A DNA stretch of 64,000 bases from Octopus sinensis (lineage: Eukaryota), in assembly GCF_006345805.1 (NCBI RefSeq), contig NC_043002.1:29140001-29204000 (forward strand), written 5' to 3'. Below, piece after piece: positions 39,742 through 54,659 of the stretch. Each line of letters begins with the position of its first letter. The first letter of the stretch is position 1. Both the position numbers and the translations under genes were made by a program. The notes under the pieces are model-generated. The model worked only from the letters and a program-made list of their open reading frames with translations. It did no database searches and was not told the DNA's origin.

Positions 39742-39948
39742 TTTATTGCCCACAAGGGGCTAAACATAGAGGGGACAAACAAGGATTACATCGATCGCAG
39801 TGCGAAACTGGTACTTTATTTATCGACCCCGAAAGGATGAAAGGTAAAGTCGACCTCGGCGGAATTTGAACTTAGAACGTAACGGCGGACGAAATACTGC
39901 TACGCATTTCGCCCTGCGTGCTAACGTTTCTGCCAGACCGCCGCCATT
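39742..39948 (-). mobile_element. tRNA-derived SINE (V/Meta-like domain family); second degenerate copy at 40132-40290
   Basis: tatcgaccccgaaaggatgaaaggtaaagtcgacctcggcggaatttgaacttagaacg. Confidence 0.85.
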
Positions 39949-40653
39949 GAGGTATAAAAAACAATAGTTAGAGGAACGTCAACGAATCTCTGCAGCAGTA
40001 GTAGTAACAACAGCAGCAGCAGCATCAGTGACTAAAAGATATAAATCTGAAAACATTTTAATTCAAAGAGGGCTGATATAATAATGCATAAAAATTTCAG
40101 TAATCCTCAAAACCAACTCGACTGCACAATATTGATTTCAAGTTTTGACAGAAGGCCAGCAATTTCTGGAAGTGGGTAAATCGATTACATCGATCTCAGT
40201 GCTCAACTGCTACCTAGTTTATCACCCTTGTGAGGATGAAGGGAAAATTCGAATTTGAACTCAGACCATAAATACTAACGAAATACTGCTAATCATTTTA
40301 CTAGGTGAACACTGGAGTCGATCTTATCGACTAATCTCCGTCCGCGAAATTGTTGTCCTTGTAGTGTTACTGCCACGTTATTGTTGCTGTCATTTAATCA
40401 GAAATTAGTCCAAATCTTGTTGACCAATGGCAAAATTTATAGGAGCTACATTCATTTTTATCTCAAGAATTGTGAATGCCAAACAACATGATTCTTCATG
40501 TATTCATGCTATCTTTATACGGTTGCATGTGATTTGATCGAAATCTGACTGCTATTTCTTGCAGATTCAGTGTCCAGGTAAAGGTTCTTTTGTCGCCTCC
40601 CGTCTCACTGACTGTAGTACTGTGTGGAGTTATATTCTTTGCTTATTTTGCAG

Positions 40654-40694
40654 AAAGCAGTTTGGGAATTGACACTTGTGAAATAATGAGAAAG
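40654..40694 (+). CDS. Candidate short exon (phase 1-0), (Q)SSLGIDTCEIMRK
   Basis: Strong tctttgcttattttgcag| acceptor; donor aag|gtgtta is weak; phase bridges 36799 and 49166. Confidence 0.3.
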
Positions 40695-41053
40695 GTGTTA
40701 GTTTTATTTGTTTATGGTAGGTCAGGAGAATAGTTAATATTTTTGTTAATTAGTCTGCAATGAAGAGGATAGAACCAAGTAGAGAAAACTAACTTGGATT
40801 AATTTGCACTTTCCATGAAACTTCTCCCTATAAACAAATCCAAGAAATTTAAGATGTAACTGGACACAGTGCCTCATACTCCCATGTACGCAACATATAC
40901 AAAAGGCTCTTCAACTCATGCGCTACGGTAACGTAAAAAAGCGAACAGTAGTTTTGAGTGAATCTACAAGCAAATCCGATTATATTAACACAAGAGGGTG
41001 GTGTTAAAAGCCTCACAGATATTATTCGCAATATTGACTAAAACAACCCAAGC

Positions 41054-41094
<41 letters not shown>

Positions 41095-41277
41095 TATATA
41101 TATAAGAAATTAAAAAAGGAAAATACGCACACATATATATACATGTATATATATAGTGTGCGTGTTTTCCTTTTTTCATTTCTTATATACATTACAACCC
41201 ACAACGTGGGGATAATGGAAATTCCTTTTTTCTGTTAATACTACTACTATATATATATACATATGTGTGTGTGTGTA

Positions 41278-42500
41278 TTGCTTCACCCCATAAATAGTGC
41301 GTTTTTTTCAATTGCTTGAACTAAAATTTGGAGGGGGACAGGATAACTACCTGCATTAACTTGCTACAAAAGCAAGTAGTAATTTTACCTTGCTTTTATT
41401 CTTAGTGCAAGTTTTGAAAAGTACAGATCTATTCTAACAGTTATTTTTTCAAAGCTATAGTGGAAGTGACAAAGGTGCATATTCGGCATATTTTGCCTTA
41501 CGAGTTCCATAAAGGCAACAATACAGCGTAAAGTTCGAGGAATATTAATCTAGTATATATCAATTGAACAATAAGCGTAAGCCAGTGTCAGCGGTGGTTC
41601 CAGAAATTCCGAACCGGAAACTACAACCTAGAAGACTAGCCTTGTCCTGGAAGATCAGTAGAGATCGATGAGGACGACCTGAAAATCTGTTGGAGCAAAA
41701 TCTCATCGTAACTGTTGAGTAACTATTAGAGAAGCTTAGGTTTAGTCATTCAACTATTCCACTATACGCGCGTGCCATCAGAAAAGTAAGCGAACTGGGC
41801 CAATGGGTTCCTTACAAACTTTCCGAGTCTAATCAGCGGCAAAAAGTAAATGTATGCTCCGCTTTGCTGTCACGTCTCACGAATGAACCTTTTGAGGACC
41901 GAATAGCGACTGGTAATATGAAATGGGTTCTCTATAAAATATCGAGCACCGAAGACAGTGGGTAGGAAAAGGAGAAACACCTGTACGCCAGGCTGAAGAA
42001 GGTCTTCACCTACATAAGGTGCTGTTATCTGTTTGGTGAGATATGAAAGGTTTAGACCACTTTGAACTGTTAAATCCAAACTACACGATAACAAAGGATA
42101 TCTACGGCGAGTAGGTTGAGCGACTTAAATGAGCGCTAGAGGAAAAATGACCATGTTTGGTTTCATGATGAAGGTTGTTCTTCATCAGGATAATGTTCGG
42201 CCACACACAGCGGGGATGACATTCCAAAGATTGGAGCAGTTTGAATGGGATACACTGCCCCATCTGATTATCATTTATTCCGTAGTCATCAAAATCATTT
42301 CGACAGAAATATGATCAATTCTGTAGACGAGGTCAGAAGAGTACTAGTGGGGGGGAGTATTTTTCGTCATGGAGAAATGAATTTTGAAAGAGGGGCATTG
42401 CAGAAAAAGAAGGAGCGTATATTTTAGATTAAATTAGGACTTTTTCTTAATTTTGAAAAATGAAGTATAAAAAAACCGCATTATTTATGGGATGACCCAA
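41278..42500 (+). mobile_element. Full-length decayed mariner (mellifera/cecropia-like)
   Basis: TIRs ttg(ct/gg)tca(c/t)cccataaata(g/a)tgcg with flanking TA; pieces RWFQKFRTGN, WVPYKL, HQDNVRPH and SDYHLFRS. Confidence 0.9.
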
Positions 42501-42564
42501 TATATAGATATATACTCATGCGCGTGAGAATATCCGAGTAGCAATAAAATGAATCATTGTTTTT

Positions 42565-42638
<74 letters not shown>

Positions 42639-42664
42639 CATGTATATATATGCATATATATATG

Positions 42665-42743
<79 letters not shown>

Positions 42744-43589
42744 TATGTATATATGTAAATATGTAAGTATATATATATATATATGTATGTAAGTATACAT
42801 ACAATATATATATATGTATATATATATATACGTATATGTATGTATATGTATATATATATATATTATATATATATATATGCATGTGTGTGCGTGCATGTGT
42901 AAATGTTACAATAAGGTTAATATTTTAAAAGCAAGTTTAAGAATGCCAGCGGAACATTTACTGATGGCGGGCGGGTTGACTCTATAGTATAAGTAGAGTC
43001 TAATTTATGTAAAGATCAAACTGTATAAGACTTGATCTTTATGTGTACATGTATTCACATGTACATACAAAAATGCGTGCATACAAATCGCGTGTGCATT
43101 GCATATATATATGTGTGTGCTAGTGCGCGCGTGTGTGTGTGAGCGTGTGTATGTGTATGTGTGTGTATGCGTATGTGCGTGTGCGTTTTTGCTTGCACGT
43201 GCACATATAGAGAAGACGTAGAGAGAGAGAGGGGGAGACTGGGACGGAAAGAGAGAAAGAGAGAAAGAAGCAGGACTTTTACTGAACTCAAAATAGTTTT
43301 GGAGTCCTGTTCTGATTACTTTCTTAAATATTTTTTTGTAAACTGTTTTTAACATTTTCTTATTATTATCGAAGAATGTATATATGCATTTTAATACTTT
43401 TGTGATAACCAGTACTTAACACAACAAAGCTCATACAAAGCTTTACATTATACTTTTGACAATCTTTTTCTAAAAAAGTGAAACCGGTCAAGTGAATAAA
43501 ATTTTTTAAAATTGCATTTTCAGACCTTCTTTCATATATATTTTCACTCGTACGGTACCTTGCAACCTTACTTTGTTATATATATACAT

Positions 43590-43927
43590 GCATGAGAGAC
43601 AGATACAAGACAGTAATTATAGGCCAAAAGGGAGTGAAATACATAAACCACGAGAAAAAAATGGAAATAAGGACAAGTTAACACAGAAAAAGGACCCTTC
43701 ATCAGTTGTCGGCTGTCTATCTACTCAGTGTTTCGAACATTCAAATGACGTCTTTGCTTCCTTTTCCTCCATCTTTCTCTAATTCCCTTTCTCACCCTCC
43801 CTCCTTCACCGTTTGCTGTCTGTCCTCGTTCCCTTTTTTCTCTCTTTCTCGTTTCTCACACGTCCATCCGTCATTTTCTCACAGGACCATCTTTCTTTTT
43901 GAGCTCAGACGTCTAAACGACTAGACA

Positions 43928-43963
<36 letters not shown>

Positions 43964-45110
43964 ATCTTTTCTCTCTAAAAAAACTTCTCCCAGCGTTCAC
44001 TATTCCCCTTCCAATCCGCTCTAACGACCTTCCATATCTGTTTTCGTACGGTTTCCTTGTATGCCTCCACTGTTACCCCCCCTCACCAACTTTGGCCCTT
44101 CATAAATCTAAAATTTTTTTGTAGAATTTTGGGAGCTACTGCCTTTGAATACTCATATTGTCTTTGAATGCTCGAGATGAGGATTAGAAAGAAATCCAAC
44201 AACTGATGAAGTATCCTTTTCTGCGTTAACTTGTCTTGGTTTCCATTTTTTCTTGTTTACGTATTTCACACTTTTTGCCATGTAATTACTGTCCATTCTT
44301 TTATCTATATCTGCTGCGTATGTTATTTGCACTGTTGGTGATGTACCGTACCCATATATGCATGTATATATATATATAATATTATATTATATTTATTTAC
44401 TTAATTGATCGCAACGCATCCATTCACAGGTAAGTTCACCTATTTATTGTGCGATTCTCTACTCTGTACTGTTTTCTTCCTCTCGTCTTTACTTCCTCCT
44501 TCCTCTATCCTTCTCTAATTCCATTTTTCCCCTCCCTCCTTCACGGTTTTCTGTCTGTCCCTCTCTTCCCTCTTTCCCTCTTTCCCTTCTTTCTCTCTCG
44601 TTGCTCACACGTGACCATCGTCCATCCTTCTTTCCTCAAATGACAATCTTTCTTTTCCTGCTCGGACATCTAAACGACTGGACAATTTTTCTCTTTCTAT
44701 TCCATCTTTTCTTTTTTCAAAAGTGTCTCTCCAGGTGTTCACTATTCTCCTCTTGTTCCGGTCTAACGAACCTCCATGTTAGTTTTCGTCCGGTTCCCTT
44801 GTATATCTCCACTGTTATTCTTTTGTTCCCAAATTTTACCCTCCATAAATCCTAAATTTTATTTTAGAATTTATGGGAGCTACTGTCTTTGAAAAGTCAT
44901 ATTGTCATTTGAATGCTCGAGATGAGGAGGAGATAGGTAGCCGACAACTGATGAAGGGTCCTTTTTCTGTGTTAATTTGTCCTGTTTTCCATTTTTTCTC
45001 GTTGTTTGCGTATTTCACTCGTTTTTGTCTTGTAATTCCTGTCCACGACTTGTATCTATCTCTCGCGTGGATGCTATTTGCCCCGTTGATGACGTCCTCT
45101 ACACACATAT
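43590..45110. mobile_element. Old PLE-like arrangement: inverted segment (43590-43750) plus two diverged units of about 740 bp
   Basis: 43760-44350 aligns with 44500-45100; 43590-43750 is the reverse complement of about 44905-45070; both units contain actgatgaag. Confidence 0.6.
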
Positions 45111-45160
45111 GCATATATATATATATATATACATATTATATTATATATATATATATATAT

Positions 45161-45194
<34 letters not shown>

Positions 45195-45197
45195 GAT

Positions 45198-45235
<38 letters not shown>

Positions 45236-46930
45236 GGCCTGCTCACTTAGCCTGCGAGTGGCGTCATTTGAAGGCTAAAACAGTGCGAAGCGCCTTGTGA
45301 CCAGCGATGTGTAGCAACATCTGATGGCCTGGTCGGTCACAGTAATCATGGTGATATATATATATAATTAAATGGTATACTGTTGCTTAAGAATGGAAGC
45401 TGGCTGTTATTTCTAGCAGATATCGCAACTATTTATAGGTTCCTTCCTTCTGTCCCGTACTGTTATTGTTGTTTCACTTCTTTTTCCCTATTGCAGTGGG
45501 TAGCCAAAGTAGTTAGAACGTCGGGCAAATGAATTCTGGTATCTATTGGGGCTATTTTGGTTCGAATTGAAATAGAGTTGAGGTCAACTTACCTTTCAAC
45601 ATTTCACTGCCGATCAATAAAGAACTCTTGAAGTACAGGCCTTGATATAATCGACAGTTGGCCTCCTAAAATTTTTGTGGCTTTGTGATTGCGTTATAAA
45701 CCACAGTTGTTGCTGTTTTTTCTTCGCTTCATGTCAGCTCTAATTGAGCAGACCTATAGCGAAAGATCTTCTCGTTATGATCTTCCCAACTGTTTCCTTG
45801 TTTGCATGGTCGACAGTGTTTTTCTTGCTTCTTTTTTAGATGCATGCTGTGACATATATGCACTCCGCTATTTCTATTAAGTCATTTGCTATCATAAACA
45901 GACCTCGTTGTTGGCTTTTACCATCGCTCGTTGAATATTTGTGGTTGGTACAACTTTCCTGAAGTAGGTAGTTTGTGTGTTAGCTGAGTGCTAGTCGTAC
46001 TGTCGTGCTGTGCAACACGCCCCCATTAATAAATATTCGCAACGAACAAAAACTTCTTACACTTGCGCTGCAGACTAAGTTCAGTTGCATTGCATTAAAT
46101 TGCATCATCAGCTGCATTTACACAACATTAATTCCATCTAGTGGTCAGCTGCAATAAAACAGATATCAATTTTATAACTTGTTTATTAAACACTTCTTCA
46201 TAATCTCAGCACATACCAGCTTCCCTTCCCAACCGTAAACCTGCAAATGGTTAGTTCCAGTAAAAAGGATTTACAACTCACTAGAGTCTCCTCATCTTCT
46301 ATTATAGCATATCATGTCATTTATATACATTGACTGGTTCGTTTATGTTGATAACGAATCAACATTTCCCAAACGTTATTCCTTTTTATAACTTTTACCA
46401 ATTCTTCTTAACTCACGTGATACTACTTACTCTATGGTTGGCTGCCTGATGTTTATCTTTGTCGAGAATGGATTATAGTCCGACCTACCACCACCGCCAT
46501 CACCACTATCTACAACACCATCGCCACTAGAATACTTTGTTTCAATCTTACTTAACTATGCATCACACCAGCCCAACATTACTATTTTAACATCAACACT
46601 ATCTTATATTTTACGATTGTCTGACACATACATCCACATACATATATGTGTACGTATATGCACATATACAGTCCCACACAGAAACACACAAACGCACACA
46701 GACATACACACGAACATAAGCGACAGTGCTTCATACGTTAAGGTGTGTGGGTTTTTCTATCTATCAATATATCTGCTTGCTCACAAAGCGCACTCAAGTT
46801 TACATATATATAATATATATATATATATATTATATATATATATATATATATAATATATATATATATATACATACATACATACACATACATACATACATAT
46901 ATACATACATACATACATATACACATACAC

Positions 46931-47047
<117 letters not shown>

Positions 47048-47419
47048 TATATATATATATATACTCACACACATAAACTTATATACGTGCGCATATGTAA
47101 ATGGTATTGTCAAATTGCATTTAATAGAATAACAGTATACTGAATGATTTTGCATTGCTAAAACTCCATGCAATGTATACTGTTTTTCTTTTTGTTTAAC
47201 CACAGGTCATCTACGACCCACCAGAATTATGATCAAAAGTATTATATTTATGATATTCCAACAGCCTGATTAATGACTTACTTTTCATGTATGTATTTAT
47301 GTATGTCATTATCCAGTTTTATTTCAAGTTTACTTGCCAATAGAGAATGAGCCGGTTTCTAACCGAGATCAAAGGCTCCTTCATTGGAATTTTAACATCA
47401 ACAACAGGGTATGTATGTA

Positions 47420-48265
47420 ACATGAATGAAAAGGGGTTTACAAAATGTATAAACAACTTTCCCTTGGATATGCCTTTGCGATACTCTATTTTATGAGTGA
47501 TAATACACTCACACTTTGTGTTTAATTTCAAGATGGTCACCCACGATGTAGTCAGGTCAGCTATAGCTTTGCCTATGTTCACTGGAATTTAAGCAAGTTG
47601 AAGGGCTTCTAACATCGATGAGTGGGGAACAGAGTCAAAGGCTTTCTTGCAGTCCAGCCACATTGGAACTAGGTCCCTCCTTTGCTCGCTCCTCTCTGAC
47701 ATCACAGTTTTGCTGATTAACAATTGCTCGACACATCATCAGACTCCCTTCTTCCAAGCTGCTTGTTCTGCTGTGATGATGTTATTAGTTTCACAATGGT
47801 CCTGGAGGAAGTGGCTTCAGTATGCTATATATACCTTATACATTAAGTTCTAGCATGCAACTGGCTGGTAGTTTTTTGCCATGTAGTGGTTTTGCATTTG
47901 GGGATCAATTTTATCTCTTCCAGGACTGACCAGTGTGGTATGCTACTGTTCCCATGAGAGCTTGCTGGTATAGATTGATAATATATAGTAGGTTGAAAGT
48001 TAGCCTCTTGCACCACTATCCAACAATCAAGTCTCTTCCAGGTGCTTTCCCATCCTGGAGTTTCTGGATCACAGTTGAAAGGGCATCACTATCATTGTCG
48101 TATGTCTTGGGTGTAACGCAGGAACAGTAACCTCTTCAGATTTCTTCCAGCCTTGCTTAAACTCCTCTTCACGGCAGATTTTCCTCCAAAAGGAGCCTGT
48201 GTCTTCTCGTGAAGAAGCTTCTGTGATATTCACTGTTCCACCTCTCGTGTCTCTGTATACTGCTG
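47420..48265 (-). mobile_element. Non-LTR retrotransposon RT fragment (R4/Dong-like)
   Basis: Minus-strand pieces EQAAWKKG…EQLLISKTV…WLDCKKAFDSVPHS…IEYRKGISKG; stops and frameshifts. Confidence 0.85.
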
Positions 48266-48429
48266 CCTGCCTGTTTGTATGTATGTATGTATGTATGTAT
48301 GTATGTATGTATGTATGTATGTATGTATGCATGTATAGATGGATGGATGGATGGATGGATGAATGGATGGAGGGATGAATGGATGGATAGACGGATGGAT
48401 TGGTGGATAGATGGATGGTTGAATATATT

Positions 48430-48597
48430 CTTTCATGTGTTATTCTTTCATGACTATGGCCATGCTGGAGCACATTCTTGAAGCGTTTTAGTCGAAGAAA
48501 TCAACCTCAGGACTTATTCTTTGTAAGCCTAGTACTTATTCTATCGATCTGTTTTGTCGAAACGCTAAGTTACGGAAACGTAAGCACATCAACATTG
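48430..48597 (-). mobile_element. 3' part of OR2-like SINE
   Basis: gactatggccatgctggagcac…aggacttattctttgtaagcctagtacttattctatcg. Confidence 0.85.
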
Positions 48598-48825
48598 GGA
48601 GCATTCAGCAACTTAAACAAGGAGACCGTCCGGAAGAGTTGCAGGTGATTCCGCAGTCGTTTGGAGGCTATGGTCAAAGCCAATGGCGATTTTATTGAAC
48701 AAATTTTCTCTTTATTATTTCAAGATATTTTAATGTGATTTTAGTAAATGTATGTGTTAAAATAAGATGTCAGTGTTATTTTCATTTTTGCGTAATTTAG
48801 AAAACAGTTTATTCATCGCACCTTG
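48598..48825 (+). mobile_element. Tc1/mariner-superfamily (maT-like) 3' end
   Basis: AFSNLNKETVRKSCR*FRSRLEAMVKANGDFIE followed by a TIR-like end …tattcatcgcaccttg. Confidence 0.7.
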
Positions 48826-48902
48826 CATATGCATTACTGTGTTTGTGTGTCTGTGTGTATATGCGTTTGTTTGCCGTGTGGTATTTATGCGTATATATAT
48901 AG

Positions 48903-48937
<35 letters not shown>

Positions 48938-48941
48938 ATAG

Positions 48942-49011
<70 letters not shown>

Positions 49012-49125
49012 TGTATGTATATACACAAGATGCAGGAGTGATTTGCTTACCAGTGCTTGACACCTTGGGCAAGTGTCTTCTACTATATCCTCGAGCCGAC
49101 CAAAGCCTTGTGAGTCGATATAATA

Positions 49126-49157
<32 letters not shown>

Positions 49158-49165
49158 TACAACAG

Positions 49166-49271
49166 CTGCGGTATGGGCTTGGTAAGATTCGGGTTACATA
49201 TGATTCAACAGAGAGCTGCTCTTCAGGACAAGAATATATTGATAAATTTAAAGCTGCATGGTGGCATGGAG
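49166..49271 (+). CDS. Candidate coding exon, LRYGLGKIRVTYDSTESCSSGQEYIDKFKAAWWHG (phase 0-1); a second frame is also open
   Basis: acaacag| acceptor, ggag|gtacat donor; complex sequence embedded between (TA)n and (TCTA)n. Confidence 0.45.
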
Positions 49272-49312
49272 GTACATGTTGACACATGGTAGATTCAATC
49301 AGAATGCGTGTG

Positions 49313-49422
<110 letters not shown>

Positions 49423-50683
49423 CTTATCTATCTATATATCTATCTATCTAACTATCCATCTGTCTATGTATGTATGCATGTATCTATGCATCTATCTTTC
49501 TACACTCTGTCTCTCTGTCTATCTGTCTGTCTATCTGTCTGTCTCTCTGTCTGTCTATCTATCTATATATACACATATATATATATTCATATATACATAT
49601 ATATTTATACATACATATATATATATACACACACATATAAATAAGAGAGAGAGAGAGAAAGAAAGAGAGAGGCACACACACACATACATACATACCTCAG
49701 CACGTTGGTGATGCAAATTCACTTCAAAACAAACAGGTAAGCACATACAAACGCGCACGCACTCACGCACACATACTCACGCACACAAACACACATTCTG
49801 ACATACCATCTTTAAATGAGAAATGCCAGGACTAAATCCCCAGTATTTCACACCTTGCTGTTAGTAAACTATCACCAGATGTCTGTCAACACAGTTTTCC
49901 ACACAGTCGATATCGACCCCTTTGACCGCAGTCACAGCAGCACCACTCCTAGAGTAACCTATGTCATCTTTAAGGGTCACATTTAAACTTTTCTAGCTTG
50001 CATAACTCCGTTACCCGACCCGTTCTCTAGTTACTTCCTCTGTCCTCTGTCTATACCCCTCTCTGTCTCTGTATATATATATATATATATGCATGTGTGT
50101 GTGTGCGTGTGTATATGTGTATACCTTTACATGCAAATACTCGGATATCCTCTTCTCCTGTTTGAATCCTCTTTAAAGTTCCCTAAGTGTTTTTACAACG
50201 TCAATTATTTGGCTATTACCTTCGCATGTGCTGACACGGACAAATTTACTATGATCCCCGACTGTATTTGCACACACATACATACACACACAAACGTGCG
50301 CGCGCAAACACACACGCAATAAAGATAGTGAGAGACGCGAAGAAGCGGCAACTAGAATGATAGTGACACCTTATGTCGGTAAATATGTTCCCCTAAAGAC
50401 TTGCATCACACTTCTTTGTGTAAAAGGATTTACACTTAATACCTTAATATTCACTTCTGGAGGTTTCATCTTTTCTCATACATATCAATGGTGTTAGTTT
50501 TGTTGTTGTTATGTGATATTTTATACACACACACACACAAACGTATACATAAATATATGTACTTAAAGAGAGGGAGAGAGGCTGAGAGTGATAAAAATGT
50601 AGGTGTATATATATTGATAATTATCAATCTGGGCCAATTTGTAAATGTATATAGAGGTGTGTGTATGTGGTTTAATATATACA

Positions 50684-50718
<35 letters not shown>

Positions 50719-51529
50719 TTATGTATGCTTGTATGTATTCCTTAAAGCGTTTTAGCTCAAAGGCTGTGGTCATGCACTGCCAATATCATGACGGCTTTAA
50801 TGGTCATTCTTCTGTGGTTGGTTTTTGGTGAAGGAAAGAGTTTGATATTGCTGCCCTCTTTTGAGTTCCCTGTTGTGATATCGGTTTATCTGGGATTGGA
50901 GACTGTAATTTTATATACACAGAATTACATTATTATTTCAAACTCTATTGCTTTTAATTTTCTGACATTTCTCATTATTTAACTGTGGAAGGAAGACAAA
51001 CTTTCAATAGGAAATAACTTCAAGAAATTAAGAAATTTTGTCAAACAATTTATATACATTGCAGAACAGCTAAGCTTTGGTTAGAAGTAAGATGACAGCT
51101 ACAAAATGATTCACAACACTCTAACCGCCGCAATCTTCAGGTTGAAAACTCAAAAGCATTGAAATGGCCACTCAGTGCTATCTCTTGTTACGTATCTTGC
51201 GGCAATTTTTGTTTTGTAGCCATCTTTTTATAAGAGTAACATTTTTTTATCACTTGCAAATTGAGGACGAAGAAAATTCATTGTCATTTTGGATACGTTT
51301 GTTTATATTCTGACATTCAAAGTTATAAATCAGGCATGGATATTCCCCATTTCATATTTTAGGGTTAGTTATAGTAGATTCCAATCAACTATAGTACTTA
51401 CCTAATTAGCTATTTCCGTCACCGCTCCATCTATGGCTATGTGATCGAACTTGCTAGTTAGCATATAATCGAAATATCTGATTAATTAATACTCTAATTT
51501 ATCAAGTTTAGTAATAGACATATGAGACA

Positions 51530-51853
51530 ACTTCCGTCATGACTGAACGTGGGATTGCACCTAGAAAGTTACCGTCCCAGGCACAAGTCCGGGCAAGGTT
51601 GTTTATGGAGGACCAGCAGTCGCCCATGCATACCGGCCTCCCCTCTCTACGCCACCAGTGTTATCCAAGGGAAAGGCAACAGCAGATACAGCTTGGCACT
51701 TGTGACGTCGCAACTCATTTCTACAGCTGAATGAACTGGAGCAACGTGAAATAAAGTGTCTTGCTCAAGAACACCACACGCAACCCGGTCCGGGATTCGA
51801 ACTCACAACCTCACGATCATAAACTCGATGCTCTAACCACTGAGCAATGCGCG
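51530..51853 (-). mobile_element. Complete tRNA-derived SINE, same family as 17192-17542
   Basis: …gtcttgctcaagaacac…gggattcgaactcacaacctcacgatc…ctctaaccactgagc. Confidence 0.9.
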
Positions 51854-52623
51854 TTTATATAGTCATATCTATGTTTAAATCTCATAGATTTGAACTTTTA
51901 TTTTGCATAAAAAAATAGGTCCTAAAACCAAAATAAGTATTTGAAGATCAGACGTATTCTAAGATAAAAAGTAAATTATTTCGAGGAATGAAATGCCCAT
52001 CACAAATTCTCGTTTCACCATATTCTACAGAACATGGCTGTCAAAGGAATTGATATTTTTTTCTTTTAGTTGCTTTGATATTCAGTAACAGGCAACAAAA
52101 TTAGGCACAAATTGCAATCTTTAGGTAGAAAATAAAATTATTTATTATTTATGAACTGACTCCTAATAAAGTTAGACAGAGAGACAAACAGTGGCTAGAA
52201 AGACCTATAAAGATAGATATAAATATAAATAGGTAATTGAGAAATATATATTCATTTGTATACTTTCACACAGTTAACAATCACAGAGAAACGAACGCAT
52301 GACTGTGTGTGTGTGAGTGTGTAAACAAACGCCTACAAACATACATAGACACACATATGAGGTTCCTTAAAAGGACTGGACATAGGGGTGGAGTGTGGAC
52401 GGGAGCAACTGATGAGTAGTATCTATTTATCGATCGTTAAATACATCAGCAAAACGCATAAACGTATACATATACAGCGTGGATTCTGAATGTATGTGCG
52501 TGTGTGTTTGTATGTGTATATATAAGCATATATACATATGTGTGCATATACACATATATATGCATATGCATACATGTATATGTATTCATATGTACACATA
52601 TATATTTGTTTGTGTATATATAT

Positions 52624-52690
<67 letters not shown>

Positions 52691-53134
52691 CATATTTATA
52701 CACAAATATTATTCTGACAAGCTAACAGATACATTGATTACTGTTTGGAAAGGGTCTATATATATGCAATGATAAATAGATATATAAATAAATGATACAT
52801 AGACAGATAAAGGAAAAAGTATATAAGCTGGTCCAAAGCATCAGGGTGGGAGAATGAAGTAGGAGACGGAGAGAGAAAGTGAAAGTAGATTAAGAAAGAG
52901 TTGCATTGATAGATATAGATAGAAAGTCTGGGAGAGAAATAAAAAATTAGATTAGGAAAGCTTACAAGGTTATAAGGGAAAAACAATAAAGCAACATTAC
53001 AAAAACTACCATGAAAGATTTAAGGAAGAACACTCTGAAAATCATATATATATATGTATACCTGCACACACACACACACACACACCTATGAGTTTGTATA
53101 TATATGCGTGTATATATGTACATATATATGTATG

Positions 53135-53172
<38 letters not shown>

Positions 53173-53289
53173 GATGCGTGCATATCTATATGCACATACA
53201 TGTGTATGTGTGTGTGTATAAGTATGTATATTAAGCCAACATTGAAATAAATGAATGATTCAAATCATGACTGTAAAAAAAGGAATAAA

Positions 53290-53300
53290 ACTATTACCGC

Positions 53301-53336
<36 letters not shown>

Positions 53337-53340
53337 CACC

Positions 53341-53389
<49 letters not shown>

Positions 53390-53460
53390 ATACTACTACT
53401 ACTACTACTACCACCACCAACACAACCACCACCATCACCGCCACCACCACCACAGCGACA
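53290..53460. repeat. (TAC)n/(CAC)n compound microsatellite
   Basis: Direct reading. Confidence 0.95.
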
Positions 53461-54117
53461 AGTTCAATAATAAAAAATGCGAAGATTAAATAAAGCAGTA
53501 ATGCAATGAATAAATAAAGCTGATAAAGCTGGGATGGGACGCGGATCGATGGATCAATAGATTGAAGACTATGTCTGTACAATATTAAACACATTCTATC
53601 ACTGACAAATGGATACCGAACTGACGTTTGGCCATGATGTATAGTCCGGCTGTTTCCTGCCGATAGACCCATGAAAATAATGGGTGTGCATTATATATAA
53701 TATAGGTATTATATATCATATTATTGGTATATATACAGATGAAATATATATGTAATACGTATGTATGTATCACTCTCTCTCTCTCTTTCTTTCTCTCTCT
53801 CTCTCCTCTCTGCATATATATATATATATATATATATGAATGTATGTGAGCATGTGTGTGTGCTATGGAGGGTGTGTGTGCTTGTATATATGTTTGTGTG
53901 TATGTGCGTGTGCAAATGTCGAACGATGAAAATGAGTACTCCATACCGCATTGGTGGGTATAATTTATTTATTTGTGAATTGAGAATATACATATATATA
54001 TATATATATATATCTATATATATATATATATATACACATACAAACATATATATATTATATATATATATATATATATAATTATAATATAATACACACCACA
54101 TATATATATATATATAC

Positions 54118-54550
54118 TCTTGTATTTGTTTCAGTCATTTGACTGTGACAATGCTGGAGCACGACCTTTAGTCGAGCAAATCGACCCCAGGACTTATTCT
54201 TTGTAAGCCTAGTACTTATTCTATCGTTCTCTTTTGCTGAACCGCTAAGTTACAGGGACATAAACACACCAGCATCGGTTGTCAAGCGATGTTGGGAGCA
54301 GAAATACAGAGACACAAACATATATGCACTTACATACACATGCATTCATACATACACATACATATATATTATATATATAATATATATATATATAGCTATA
54401 TAAACATATATACAATGAGCTTCTTTCAGTTTCCGTCTACCAATTGCACTCACAAGGGTTTGGTTGGCCCGAGGCTATAGTAGAAGAGAGTTGAACCCGG
54501 AATCATGTGGTTGGTGAGCAAGCTTCTTACCACACAGCCACTCCTACGCC

Positions 54551-54590
<40 letters not shown>

Positions 54591-54604
54591 GTGTATATGT
54601 TATA

Positions 54605-54659
<55 letters not shown>

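Noticed and set aside
40565-40577. 13-nt microexon with good splice sites
   Set aside because: Both sites lie within the dispersed GCTATTTCTAGCAG repeat.
49701-49736. 36-nt exon HVGDANSLQNKQ with cag|gtaagc donor
   Set aside because: The acceptor lacks a pyrimidine tract and the phase fits only the alternative frame of 49166-49271; left unresolved.
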